Shown here piece by piece: positions 46,691 to 57,216 of a DNA stretch of 64,000 nucleotides. Both the position numbers and the translations under genes were made by a program. The notes beneath the pieces are model-generated. The model had not been told where the DNA came from. It searched no databases and saw nothing but the letters and a program-made list of their open reading frames with translations. Source of the DNA: an archaeon (lineage in GTDB: Archaea; Nanobdellota; Nanobdellia; Pacearchaeales; GW2011-AR1); NCBI GenBank assembly GCA_043810775.1, contig JBDRNU010000025.1:1-64000 (forward strand), read 5' to 3'. Each line of letters starts with the position of its first letter. The first letter of the stretch is position 1.

Positions 46691-46807
46691 TTATTTGCTT
46701 CTAGCTCTACGCTGCTTTCTTTTGTGCTTTTCACGCTTTAGCCTTTTACGCTGCCACTTCCAACGCATCTGGCCTTTCTTTTTCCATCTTCTAGAACTTC
46801 GTTTCAT
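46691..46807 (-). CDS. rpl41e: Ribosomal protein eL41 (L41e), 38 aa, not in ORF track
   Basis: MKRSSRRWKKKGQMRWKWQRKRLKREKHKRKQRRARSK*. Confidence 0.85.
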   Translation of the reverse strand: MKRSSRRWKKKGQMRWKWQRKRLKREKHKRKQRRARSK

Positions 46808-46843
46808 ATTAGATTGAGAAAATATTGCTTTATAAAGCTTAGC

Positions 46844-47068
46844 TTAGTTATTGGAATCTTCAGATGTTTCTATAGGATAACAACTTTCACAGTTAGGAGC
46901 TCCACTAATGCTACATTGAGGAGTAGTTAGTGCCTCACTCGGCATTTTGTAGCTTATTATTATACCTATTCTCCGATTATTATATTTACATACAGCTGTA
47001 GTAAATCTTATTCCTATTGGAGTTTTAACTCCTTTTTCTGATACAGTAAGTGTTTCTAAGTCTTCCAT
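46844..47068 (-). CDS. Small hypothetical Cys-containing protein
   Basis: 74-aa ORF with C..C..CESC; TATA-like box upstream. Confidence 0.45.
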   Translation of the reverse strand: MEDLETLTVSEKGVKTPIGIRFTTAVCKYNNRRIGIIISYKMPSEALTTPQCSISGAPNCESCYPIETSEDSNN

Positions 47069-47148
47069 GTTTTTTAATTAATTAAAGGGTTTATAAAGTT
47101 TATCCTATGTACATAAAACTTTAATAATCTTTATTTCTAGCTAGAATA

Positions 47149-47553
47149 ATGAAGATTTATGTGGGAGCTAGGTTTACCAAGAAGGAAGAGGTTATTAAGC
47201 TTCATAAGATACTAAAAGAAAAAGGGCATGAGATTACTTGTGACTGGACTACTCATTTGCCTATTAGCCCGTATGATAAGAATCAAGAACTAGCGTGAGA
47301 TTATGCTATAGAAGATATTAATGGGGTTAATAAGTGTGATATATTTATTTTTCTAACTAATAATGAAGGAAGTACTGGTTTGTTTGTTGAGTTGGGTGCT
47401 GCTATTTTATCTAGTGTTAGATTTGGCAAGCCATTAATTTATGTGGTTGGAGATAATTTAGGCAGGTCTATATTTTATTATCATCCTTCAGTTAAGCTAG
47501 TTAAAAATATTGCTCAGGTTTTAGAAGAAATTGACAATCTAGCCTATATATGA
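47149..47553 (+). pseudogene. Nucleoside 2-deoxyribosyltransferase-family gene with in-frame TGA (47296-47298)
   Basis: MKIYVGARF...GHEITCDWT.H...QELA*DYAIEDINGVNKCDIFIFL...TGLFVELGAA...SIFYYHP. Confidence 0.8.
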
Positions 47554-47928
47554 AGGCATCTTGCTTGCTGGTTTATGAAGCTCGTCCATGAATTTATTAA
47601 GTTTTTCAATTGTCAGGGGAGATAGATGCTCTAGCTCGTGGGCAAGTTTTAGTGACTGAAATTTATTATGTTTTAGTATATGCTTGGCAAATTTATTAAT
47701 TGTTTTGTGATGATGGGCTATTTGCCTTGCCTGTTTTAGCCCTTGAGAAGTAAATTTAACTTTTGAGTATGGATTAATTTTAATTAGCTTTAGTTTAGAA
47801 AGTTTCTTGAGCATTTCTGATACGCTTGGTTTGCTTATTTTAAGATTTGAGGCTATGTCTACTGATTTTATTTGTTTTTTTTCAAGTAATAAACTATACA
47901 TAACTCTTAGGTAATCCTCTTTTTCCAT
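47539..47928 (-). CDS. DtxR/MntR-family metal-dependent regulator
   Basis: EDYLR, DIASNLKISKPSVSEMLKKL, AHELEH. Confidence 0.88.
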   Translation of the reverse strand: MEKEDYLRVMYSLLLEKKQIKSVDIASNLKISKPSVSEMLKKLSKLKLIKINPYSKVKFTSQGLKQARQIAHHHKTINKFAKHILKHNKFQSLKLAHELEHLSPLTIEKLNKFMDELHKPASKMPSYIG

Positions 47929-48005
47929 TAATGTTAGGTACGCCTAACTTATTTAAATATCTTTCTATTAATAACTTTTATATATTGCTTATTCTTGTAT
48001 ATTTG

Positions 48006-48665
48006 ATGTATGGATTTGATAAAAAAGAGGTAAAAATATTCAAGAGGCTAAACTCCCCTAAAAAAATTCAGCAGTTTTTAGACAAGCTAGAGATGAATTT
48101 TGAAGAGAGAGGAGATACTTGCATGAGTCCAAGGCAGGTTTTAATGACTGGAAAGGCTCATTGCATTGAAGGAGCTATTTTTGCTGCAGCTGCTTTACGC
48201 TTTCATAACTTTAAGCCTTTGATAGTGGATTTAGAGGCTAGTGATAAGGATGATGACCATGTTGTTGCTGTTTTTAAGAATAGGGGGAAGTGGGGGGCTA
48301 TCTCGAAAACTAATCATGGAGTTTTGCGATATAGGGAGCCAATTTATCGGGATGTTCGAGAGCTTGTAATGAGTTATTTTCACGAGTATTTTACTCATGA
48401 TGGCGAGAAGACTTTGAGAGCTTATTCAAGGCCAGTAAACCTGGCTAGATTTGATAAGCTAAACTGGACAACTTCTGGAGAAGATATTTGGTTTATTCCT
48501 GAGCATTTAGTTGATATCAAGCATTTTCCTATTATTGACAGGAAGCAGGTAGCTGGATTAATTGAGCCTCATCCTATTGAGGTAGCTATTGGAAAGATTG
48601 TTGAAAATAAAGATCCTGTAAATAGAAATAAGGAAGAAAAAGTTTATAATGACTTGTTTCCATAG
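48006..48665 (+). CDS. Transglutaminase-like (Cys-His) hypothetical protein
   Basis: SPRQVL..KAHCIEGA, DDDHVVAVF, WGAISKTN...REPIY. Confidence 0.7.
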   Translation: MYGFDKKEVKIFKRLNSPKKIQQFLDKLEMNFEERGDTCMSPRQVLMTGKAHCIEGAIFAAAALRFHNFKPLIVDLEASDKDDDHVVAVFKNRGKWGAISKTNHGVLRYREPIYRDVRELVMSYFHEYFTHDGEKTLRAYSRPVNLARFDKLNWTTSGEDIWFIPEHLVDIKHFPIIDRKQVAGLIEPHPIEVAIGKIVENKDPVNRNKEEKVYNDLFP

Positions 48666-48671
48666 TTTACA

Positions 48672-51600
48672 ATGTTAAAAAGAGAGGTTTTTGCAGTATT
48701 TATTGTAGTTTTTATTATATTTTCACTAATGATTGTTTCTTCTCAAAATATTATAAAAAAACAGCGTTCTTTTAATATTACAGATGAGGGATTGATTCAG
48801 ATAGATGAAAAGACTGATTATATTCCTGAAAAGCAGACTTATATTCTTGAATTTAAAGAAGAGCCGGTATTGAAAAAAGAGATACAGCTTGAAAATGAAA
48901 TAAGGGAGCTTGAGATAAAAGCAATGGTACAGGCAGGCCAAGGAAAAATATCCGGTGCAAGCAGGACCGAATCTCAGGTTAATGCAAAGAAAACCCAGAA
49001 GCAACAGGAAATTTCTAATTATAGAAAAAAGCTGGAAATTGAGCATGAATTTGCACTTGCTGACATAAAGAATAAGCTTGATAAGAAAACATTTATTGGA
49101 AATGTTATTTTTAATTTAAAGAGCATTACTGGAAACGCAATTTTTATGATTTCAGATAATCTTATCTTCTTTTCCCCAGAAGAAAAAATTAAGCCAGAAA
49201 AAGAGTATTTCAATACATTTAATGGAGCTGTAGTTGATTTAACCAGGGAGGAATTAGAAAAAGTAAAAAAATCTTCTTATGTTAAGGAGATTTATCCTGA
49301 TGTTGAGCTTCAGGTGATTTTAGATGATTCAGTACCTCTGATGAATGCAGATGATGTCTGGAGGTTAGTTGATTGGGAGGGAAAAAATATTACTGGTCAA
49401 GGAATGACTATTGCTATTGTTGATACTGGAATAAATTATACTCATTCTGATTTAGGAAGATGTACTAGTGAGGAGTTTTTAAATGGCAACTGTGAAAAGG
49501 TAATTGGAGGATATGATTTTTTTAATGAAGACAGTGACCCAATGGATGACCATGGGCATGGAACTCACTGTGCAGCCACTGCTGCTGGAAAAGGAGATGA
49601 ATCTCTTCAAGTAACTCTTAGAAATTCCAGCTCACTTGAATTTTCAATTGGGCCAGACTATATTGTAATGACTGGCGTGTTAAAAAATGGATATTTTCCA
49701 ATATATTTAGTTTATGGAAATGGAACTTATTTTACAAATCCTGGAAGAAACGACTTAAATAAACTAGTTAGTTCTTCGACTAGTAATATTTTGTTTAATA
49801 GCAGTAGTGATGAACAGTTTATTGCAAGCTGGAACTCCAGTACAGGAGCTGAATCTTATGTCTTGAGTGCAACTATCACAACAAAAGATAGTGCAAATAG
49901 AACAACTATTATTAATAAAATTACAACTAGTGATGTTTGCACTGATTTAACTGAAGGAGATACTTGTTATGTAGGAAATGTTGTCTTAACTGTAAATGAG
50001 GTGTATGTTATAGGAAATACTAAGTGGGTGGATTTGAGTATAGGTGCAGGAGGAAGTTTTGACAAGGTTTTTGATGTAAACAGAACTTATATTTATCTTC
50101 CTTTGAAAGAAAATCTTCCTAATAGAACTTATGTTACTGAAATTTATAGCTCAGATGACAGTATTCTTAGTTCTTGTAATTATTATTGGTGGAGCGAAAA
50201 TGTTGAGTTTGGTGCATGTAGTGGTGGAGGGGGTGGAGGGGGTGGGGAAATTTATGTGGGATTAAATGGGGTGGCTCCAGATACTAAGATATATTCATAT
50301 AAAGTGTGCAGTTCTGGTGGGAGTTGCCCAAGCGTAGATATTATGCAGGCTTTTGAGGCTGCAGTTGATCCTAATAATGATGGGGATTTTTCTGATATGG
50401 TTGATGTAGTTAGTGTAAGTTTAGGGGGCAATGGAAATCCAGATGATGTTCTAAGTAAATCTGCTGATACAATGGTTGAAGCAGGAGTAGTTGCAGTTAT
50501 TGCAGCTGCTAATGCTGGACCGTTAGAAGGTACAATTGGCAGTCCAGGCACATCGAGAAAAGCAATTACAGTAGGAGCAAGTGATAAAAATGACATTATA
50601 GCTGTTTTTAGTTCTAGAGGGCCGGTAGTATGGGAAGATGAAAATAATATAAATAGAACAATGATTAAGCCAGATGTAGTTGCACCAGGAGTTAATATCT
50701 GTGCAGCACAACATGATAGTGCTTGGCAGTATAGCAAGTGTCTTGATGATATACATGTTGCAATATCTGGAACTTCAATGGCAACCCCTCATGTTGCAGG
50801 AGCTGCTGCTTTAATAAAGCAGGCGCATCCTGACTGGACTCCAGCTCAAATAAAATCAGCCTTAAAGAATACTGCAGTTGATATTGGTGAAAATTTATTC
50901 ACTCAGGGAGCAGGAAGAATTAATGTTTTAGAAGCTGTAAGTTTGAATAATTCTTTAGTTATTAATATGGATATTTATCAAGACGGAGAGAATATTATTA
51001 TTAACACTGAAATAACTGGAGAAAATTTAGACAGTTATATTCTTGATTATAAAATAGGGGAAAATGAGTGGAGTGGGTTTGACTCTGGCAGTTTAAATCC
51101 TTTTGGAGATGAATTAATCTTTAGTTATGATTCAACTGAACTAGATAGTGGTTGGGTGTTTTTTAGAGTTAGTGTAAATGATTCAAGTAGTGAGAATTTT
51201 TTTGAGCAGGCTGTATTTAAAATTGATAATTTTAAGATTGCCCAAGCTGGGACGGGGGGATATTTAGTTGAAAGCAGTGAAGATGTTTTTGCAGAGGTGA
51301 CAAGTGGAGAGTATGTTAGTTATGATATTTATATGAGCAGGATGCTGTCTAGCGGTAATTATAGCGAGTGGTTTAGTGTTTATGCTTCTTCTCAGCCATT
51401 AGAAACAGGAAAAATTGCAACTTTAGATGTTGATTCTTTAGAAGATGGAAAATATCAGATGAAAATTGTGGCAATTACAGAGCAAGCTAATCAGGTAGAG
51501 GGTGAGATTTATAAGAAAGTAGTTGTATTAAAAAGTTTTAGAGGAGGAATAATTAGAGAGACTGTACAAATTGAGCCGGGTTATATTTCTGTTGAGAAAA

Positions 51601-54600
51601 TTGAAGATGAGACAGATATTATTTTAAGAAGCATGGCTCATGAAGGGATAGGGGGTGGATGGTATCTGCCTGTGGGAAGAATAGAGATATGGAGAAATGG
51701 TTCTTTGTATAAGTTGATTAGTGATACTTCAAAAGATTCAGAATTTTTTTCAATTTATGGCAATGGACAGTTTAAGTATACTATTTATGAAAAAGACGGT
51801 GAAAAATATATTGTAAACCATGATGCATATGAGGATCCTGAAATCAGCTGGAGAAAAGGCGGAATAATTGATTATACTGGGGAGTATTTATTTAACTGGC
51901 CTAAGCTTTTTGGATATGCTCATAGAGAAGTTAATTGGGGGGAAGGCGAGACTGTGGTTTATGGTGATAAGATTATTTATATGCACCAGTATGAAAATTG
52001 GACTAATGAGAATAATATTTTAGAAGGATATCTTGTGAATTTTGAGTATAAAATAAATATTTATGGGAAAGATGGGGCACTTTTAGACCAGATTATTCTC
52101 AAGCCTTATGAGTTTGAGCTTGTGCCCGGGGCAGGAATTGAGGGGTGGAGAGAGGATATATCTATGACTGCTTTTAAAGATTCTGGAAAGGAGCTAGTTG
52201 CACTAGTTGAAAGAAATACACTAGAGTATGCTTATGAAAACAGCTCCTTAAATAAAGATTGGATTTATGTGCAGTTAAATAATATTGAAACAGGAGCTAG
52301 TGAAGGAAATTTAGAGATTCTGTTTGTGGGCGAATTATTAAATAATTTTAATGAGCCGATTTCTATTGTACAAGATGGCAAAGGCAGGATTGTATTACCA
52401 ATTGAAACTTTTAATGAAACTTTATGGTTGGAAGAGCCTGGAAGGAAAGATGCATGGAGTGTAATTTTTTATTTTATTAATTCTTCTGCTAGTGTTGAAA
52501 ATGAGGTCAGGATAAGTAATTATAGTTTGTATTCAACACTTGCAGCATTAGAGTATGAAAACCAGACTTATGTTTTGGCATCTATGAGAGATGATGAGTC
52601 TGATATGATTTTTATTTTTGATTTTGAAGGAAATATTGTAAGGCAGATTAATGTTTCTAATTCTATATATGAGAGTGTTCCTGTTTTATTGAGAACTGGG
52701 GATATTGATGCTGATGGAATACCTGAAATAGTAGCAGTTTCTTATGAGAGCATACCTTCAGGTGATTATTGGGAAAGGAATATATTAATCAGGGTGTATG
52801 ATTTTTATGGAAATGAGGAAATGAGTTTTAGCATTCCAGTAGTTGAATTAGGAAGTAGCAGTATTAATGATATTGTTATTGCTGATTATAATGATAATGG
52901 ACAGACTGACTTGATTTTTACTATGAGTAGTTTTGATGAGAATTGGAATGAGGTAAATCCTAAGTTGTTTGCTATTGATTTGGGGAGTGAATATAATAAA
53001 GATAAGATGTACTGGGCGTTTCAGAGGGGAGATATGCAGAGAAGTGCTTGCTTTGGATGTGTAGAAGAGCCTGACTTAAGAACAGGGTTATTTTTTAATC
53101 CAGTCACTGGCTTTGGAAATAATCATAGTTTAAGCTTGATTATTGAAAATAATTATATATACTTAAATAGTATGAATTATGAGGTTTCTTATTCAAAATG
53201 TGAGTATGCTGACAGGGCAAGCTGTGCTTATACTTTAGTTAATCAAGGAATTATATCAGGATTAGCGTCAGGGAACAATTATCAGAAAGATATGAGTGTT
53301 TTGTATCCTTTAGTTGGCGAGTATGTATTAAAGCTTAAAGTTAGCTCGAATAATGAAGAGTTTGAAAATATTACTAAGTATTATTCTGTAAATGTTAGGA
53401 GTTTTTATGCAGACTTGTATGCTTATATTTATTATTCTAGCTATTTTGTTAACAGTGAAAATGACATTCAGACTGAGATTTTTAATAAAGGCAATGAAGA
53501 TACAGTTGCAAATGCTACTTTATATGTTCAGGAAGGTTATTGTAGCAAGTTTACTAGTTGTGATAATTTAAGCTTAATTAGTTCTATGGAGTTTGAAGTT
53601 GGAGATAGGGAGTTTGAATATCCTGTTTTTTACTGGACTCCTTATGCTAGTGGAGAGTTTACTTTGGTTTTAAATGTAACTAGCAGTAATGATATTAATT
53701 TAGATGATAATGTTTATTTTCGGAGTATAACTGTCAAAGAACCTGGGGCTGATTTATATGTATATATCCCTTATTTTGACATGTTTGCAAATTTTACTAA
53801 TAATCTCAGCGCTAGAGTTTATAATTTTGGGACTGAAACTCCAGTTAATGCTACACTAGAGTTTTATTATCAAAAAGATTTTTGTTATTATTATGATGGT
53901 GAGTGCACTAATTTAAGCTTAATTGGCTCTAGAGATTTGGTTTTTAGTGAGTGGGAAGAAGCTGTTGAGTATTTTGATTGGTTTAGTGAAAATGAAGGAT
54001 ACTATACTTTTGTTGCAATTGCAAATGCAAGCAATGAGGTTTATCCTGAGGATAATTTTGACTGGAATTATGTATGGGTTAGGTCTAGTGGGCCGGACGT
54101 TGGTGTATATTTTTATAATTTTTATGAATCTTATATGGTTGTTGGGCAGGAAAATGATATTCCTTTTATAGTTTATAATGAAGGAACTGAACCAGCTTTA
54201 AACATAAATTTAACTTTATATCGTGAGATTTATAATTTAAGTGAATGGTGGTACGAGTCTGTTGGCAGTGTTATTATAGGGAGTATAGAACCTGGAGAAG
54301 AGGTTTTTGCAAATATTTCATTTAGTCCTATAGAAAAAGGTTATATTTATTTTATGGCAAATGCTTCAGCTGAAAATGATGTTTACTTTAATAATAATGA
54401 TGCTTTTTATAGTAAAAATATTCTTAGTTTAGGAAGAGATGTTGGGATTGATTATGTATATTCTTCAAATGAGTTTGCAGTTGGACAGACTAGTGGCATG
54501 GTGGTTAGGATAAGCAATGTTGGAAGTGAAAGTGTAGAGAATATTAATGCATCTCTTTATGTTGATGGGGAATTTATTACTAGCGAGGTTTATGACTTTT

Positions 54601-56246
54601 TATATTCAGAAGTTGATGAAGAGTGGCCTACTTCTTATACTTTTCATCTTCAATATACTCCTTTAAGTGTTGGAGTAAAGTCAGCTATAATAAATGTAAG
54701 CATAGATGGAGATGTTGACTTGTCTGATAATAGCCAGAATTATCCTATTATAGTATATTCTTTAAGAAACCTGACTTTAAATATTGTGGATAGCTTGTGG
54801 AATCCTGTGCAAAGATTGGTATTTCTTGAAAATGATGCATATGAAATAAATGGAAGCAATACTATTGAAGTTCCTGATTTACCTGAATTTAATAATTTTG
54901 GGCTGATTCATATACTTGAAGGAAGTATTTATTCTGGCGTTGGGGGAGCTGTTGGGATTTATACTGAAGAGGTTTTTTTAGGAGATAATGAAACTCTGAT
55001 TTCAGAATTTTATGAGAGAATTGAAGATAATAATGAATATTATTATTCTGTTTTTGCTTATAATTTAAGCTTTCCTTTTTATGAAAATCAGTTGTTGATT
55101 TATCTGAATGAAACCTGGACTGAAAGAATAGGATTAAATTCAAGCTCACTTGAGGATTATACCTTGTTTTATTGCAAGAATTTTAATTTTGCAAGCAAGA
55201 GCTGTTTAAGTGGGTGGAAATCTGACTTTATATGGATGGATATTGATATTTACAAAGGTGAGGCTGAATATGAAGCAGTGCTTTATGAGCCTAGCATGGC
55301 TTTTGGGATTTCTATAGCAAATATACTTGATGGGGAAACTAGTGATTTAAGCTTAGTTCCAGACTTATTTAGTGGGTTGATACTTGAAAATACTGCTTTT
55401 GGCAGAGTTAGATTTTTAGATGAGATTAATGTCAGCAGATTAAGGAGCAATCCTTTAGTGTTAGATGATAATGTTAGATTTAGGCTGAGAAAAATTAATC
55501 TGGACACAAGCAACTTACAAGAGCTTGGGAATAAGAGTGCTGAGATTTTAGTTAGAGCTGTTGATTATATTAATCCTGTGATATTATACAATGGGCAGAA
55601 GTGTATGCAATGTTCAAATGTTTATTATAACTCGAGCTTAAATTATATTATTTTCAATTCAACTGGATTTTCTGAATATCAGATTATAGAGGGATGTGGA
55701 GATGGTTATTGTGATGGATTGGAAAATACTGCTAATTGCGCTAGTGATTGTCAGGTTGGGGATGACGATGATGGTGGAGGAGGAGGAGGTGGTGGAGGAG
55801 GTGGTGGCGGGGATGATAGTATTGCATCTAGGTTGAATATTACCAAGCCAGGAGGAATTACACCAACTGGGTGCAATGTAGGGGAGTGTGATTTAGTTGA
55901 GCATAGATATTGCGATGAAAATAGAAACTGGCAAACTGACAGTTATTGCGAATATTGCAAGGAAGATGGAATTTGTGCAGAAGATACCTACTTGCCAAGA
56001 GATTATAATTTGCCATTAGTTGCTCTTTTTATCTTCTTAGTAGCTGCTTCAGGTTTTGTAATTATTTTAATTGCTTGGAAATATGTTGAATTTTTAGAAG
56101 AAAATAAAACTCATAAATCAAAAATGACTAAAGGCAGGGAAATTATCAGCAATGCAAGGAAATCAGGCTATACTAATGAGGAAATCAGAAGAAGATTTAG
56201 GGAAAATGGGTGGAAGGATAAAGATATTAACAAGATGATGAAGTAG
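48672..56246 (+). CDS. Giant surface-anchored S8 subtilisin-like protease
   Basis: Signal peptide, I9-like propeptide, AIVDTG, HGHGTHCA, AAAN.G, SGTSMATPHVAG; FG-GAP-like and CARDB-like repeats, CGDG.C, poly-Gly, C-terminal TM. Confidence 0.92.
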   Translation: MLKREVFAVFIVVFIIFSLMIVSSQNIIKKQRSFNITDEGLIQIDEKTDYIPEKQTYILEFKEEPVLKKEIQLENEIRELEIKAMVQAGQGKISGASRTESQVNAKKTQKQQEISNYRKKLEIEHEFALADIKNKLDKKTFIGNVIFNLKSITGNAIFMISDNLIFFSPEEKIKPEKEYFNTFNGAVVDLTREELEKVKKSSYVKEIYPDVELQVILDDSVPLMNADDVWRLVDWEGKNITGQGMTIAIVDTGINYTHSDLGRCTSEEFLNGNCEKVIGGYDFFNEDSDPMDDHGHGTHCAATAAGKGDESLQVTLRNSSSLEFSIGPDYIVMTGVLKNGYFPIYLVYGNGTYFTNPGRNDLNKLVSSSTSNILFNSSSDEQFIASWNSSTGAESYVLSATITTKDSANRTTIINKITTSDVCTDLTEGDTCYVGNVVLTVNEVYVIGNTKWVDLSIGAGGSFDKVFDVNRTYIYLPLKENLPNRTYVTEIYSSDDSILSSCNYYWWSENVEFGACSGGGGGGGGEIYVGLNGVAPDTKIYSYKVCSSGGSCPSVDIMQAFEAAVDPNNDGDFSDMVDVVSVSLGGNGNPDDVLSKSADTMVEAGVVAVIAAANAGPLEGTIGSPGTSRKAITVGASDKNDIIAVFSSRGPVVWEDENNINRTMIKPDVVAPGVNICAAQHDSAWQYSKCLDDIHVAISGTSMATPHVAGAAALIKQAHPDWTPAQIKSALKNTAVDIGENLFTQGAGRINVLEAVSLNNSLVINMDIYQDGENIIINTEITGENLDSYILDYKIGENEWSGFDSGSLNPFGDELIFSYDSTELDSGWVFFRVSVNDSSSENFFEQAVFKIDNFKIAQAGTGGYLVESSEDVFAEVTSGEYVSYDIYMSRMLSSGNYSEWFSVYASSQPLETGKIATLDVDSLEDGKYQMKIVAITEQANQVEGEIYKKVVVLKSFRGGIIRETVQIEPGYISVEKIEDETDIILRSMAHEGIGGGWYLPVGRIEIWRNGSLYKLISDTSKDSEFFSIYGNGQFKYTIYEKDGEKYIVNHDAYEDPEISWRKGGIIDYTGEYLFNWPKLFGYAHREVNWGEGETVVYGDKIIYMHQYENWTNENNILEGYLVNFEYKINIYGKDGALLDQIILKPYEFELVPGAGIEGWREDISMTAFKDSGKELVALVERNTLEYAYENSSLNKDWIYVQLNNIETGASEGNLEILFVGELLNNFNEPISIVQDGKGRIVLPIETFNETLWLEEPGRKDAWSVIFYFINSSASVENEVRISNYSLYSTLAALEYENQTYVLASMRDDESDMIFIFDFEGNIVRQINVSNSIYESVPVLLRTGDIDADGIPEIVAVSYESIPSGDYWERNILIRVYDFYGNEEMSFSIPVVELGSSSINDIVIADYNDNGQTDLIFTMSSFDENWNEVNPKLFAIDLGSEYNKDKMYWAFQRGDMQRSACFGCVEEPDLRTGLFFNPVTGFGNNHSLSLIIENNYIYLNSMNYEVSYSKCEYADRASCAYTLVNQGIISGLASGNNYQKDMSVLYPLVGEYVLKLKVSSNNEEFENITKYYSVNVRSFYADLYAYIYYSSYFVNSENDIQTEIFNKGNEDTVANATLYVQEGYCSKFTSCDNLSLISSMEFEVGDREFEYPVFYWTPYASGEFTLVLNVTSSNDINLDDNVYFRSITVKEPGADLYVYIPYFDMFANFTNNLSARVYNFGTETPVNATLEFYYQKDFCYYYDGECTNLSLIGSRDLVFSEWEEAVEYFDWFSENEGYYTFVAIANASNEVYPEDNFDWNYVWVRSSGPDVGVYFYNFYESYMVVGQENDIPFIVYNEGTEPALNINLTLYREIYNLSEWWYESVGSVIIGSIEPGEEVFANISFSPIEKGYIYFMANASAENDVYFNNNDAFYSKNILSLGRDVGIDYVYSSNEFAVGQTSGMVVRISNVGSESVENINASLYVDGEFITSEVYDFLYSEVDEEWPTSYTFHLQYTPLSVGVKSAIINVSIDGDVDLSDNSQNYPIIVYSLRNLTLNIVDSLWNPVQRLVFLENDAYEINGSNTIEVPDLPEFNNFGLIHILEGSIYSGVGGAVGIYTEEVFLGDNETLISEFYERIEDNNEYYYSVFAYNLSFPFYENQLLIYLNETWTERIGLNSSSLEDYTLFYCKNFNFASKSCLSGWKSDFIWMDIDIYKGEAEYEAVLYEPSMAFGISIANILDGETSDLSLVPDLFSGLILENTAFGRVRFLDEINVSRLRSNPLVLDDNVRFRLRKINLDTSNLQELGNKSAEILVRAVDYINPVILYNGQKCMQCSNVYYNSSLNYIIFNSTGFSEYQIIEGCGDGYCDGLENTANCASDCQVGDDDDGGGGGGGGGGGGGDDSIASRLNITKPGGITPTGCNVGECDLVEHRYCDENRNWQTDSYCEYCKEDGICAEDTYLPRDYNLPLVALFIFLVAASGFVIILIAWKYVEFLEENKTHKSKMTKGREIISNARKSGYTNEEIRRRFRENGWKDKDINKMMK

Positions 56247-56733
56247 TTTTTCCCCAGGTCATTTCTTTTCCTTGTTTTAAGTGTGCATCTAGAATTTCAA
56301 GCTCTTCATAGATACCTTCAATTAAATCATAACTGGAAGCTTCTTCTAGCGAGACCCACTTGAATTCTGTTAGTGCTTTACAAAGTTTGATGTCTTCTGA
56401 TGCTGGTTCTGCATATAAACTGATAATTAGGCAGGGAATATTATCAGGGCGAATATAAACCAGGCTAGTAACATACCCTATATTTTTAATTTCTAGGTTG
56501 ACTTCTTCTTTTATCTCGCGCTTAAGTAATCTCTCTAGGATATTATACCAGTGAAACTCGGTATCTTTATTGCGAAGAGCATAATCCAGAACTTCAAGCT
56601 TGCCTCCTGGAACTGTCCACTTGCCTGGAAAGGCTTTTTCAAACTCTGCCCGCTTTGTTATAAGATATTTACAATCTTTTACTAGAATTCCGGTAACTAC
56701 AATGTAGTGTGCCTGGTTTTTATCATATATCAT
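56227..56733 (-). CDS. Nudix hydrolase
   Basis: FPGKWTVPGG...LKREIKEEVNL; start moved to MIYDK. Confidence 0.85.
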   Translation of the reverse strand: MIYDKNQAHYIVVTGILVKDCKYLITKRAEFEKAFPGKWTVPGGKLEVLDYALRNKDTEFHWYNILERLLKREIKEEVNLEIKNIGYVTSLVYIRPDNIPCLIISLYAEPASEDIKLCKALTEFKWVSLEEASSYDLIEGIYEELEILDAHLKQGKEMTWGKTTSSSC

Positions 56734-57076
56734 TTTTTTCTTGTAATAGTTTAATTGCGTTTTCTTGTATTTCCTGCAATAGAGTAATTTCAAATGGGCT
56801 AAAAATTTCTGCTTGTGTCTTGTCTATTTGAATATAAGGGCATCCTTCTGAGCTGGATAGAGCAGGCAGGCTTAAATAAATCTTAATTGAGTTGTATCCT
56901 AAATCTGGAGGATTAAATGAGAGATTATTAACAAGACTTTGAGCAATTTCCTGTGCTGATGAATATACACCCCATCCTCTGCCTTTTTTTGTAATAATAG
57001 GATATTTAATAGCTGCTTTTTCATCATGGACTTTTTGGATACTAGTTATATAACAAAATAATTCTAAATCATGCAT
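56723..57076 (-). CDS. Hypothetical protein
   Basis: 117-aa ORF coupled to Nudix gene. Confidence 0.5.
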   Translation of the reverse strand: MHDLELFCYITSIQKVHDEKAAIKYPIITKKGRGWGVYSSAQEIAQSLVNNLSFNPPDLGYNSIKIYLSLPALSSSEGCPYIQIDKTQAEIFSPFEITLLQEIQENAIKLLQEKNDI

Positions 57077-57101
57077 ATTTCAAGATAATTATATTTATAT
57101 G

Positions 57102-57205
57102 TCAAAAATTCCCTCTAATTTTGAATTTTTGAGCATAGTCAAAAACCTCCTTATGGACTTAATAAGTTTTTGATATTTAAAGAATTGCTCAAAAAATTTG
57201 AGCAA
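57102..57205. repeat. Three tandem inverted repeats in a divergent intergenic region
   Basis: TCAAAAATTC..GAATTTTTGA; TCAAAAAC..GTTTTTGA; TTGCTCAAA-aaa-TTTGAGCAA. Confidence 0.55.
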
Positions 57206-57216
57206 ACTAGGGAAAA

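Noticed and set aside
37845-47298. Stop-codon reassignment suggested by two in-frame stops
   Set aside because: The stops differ (TAA and TGA), and both codons end many intact genes in this window; point mutations or read errors are simpler.
55772-55812. GGT/GGA microsatellite-like tracts (also near 1320-1350 and 50222-50247)
   Set aside because: They encode poly-Gly linkers in surface proteins with mixed codons; not independent repeats.
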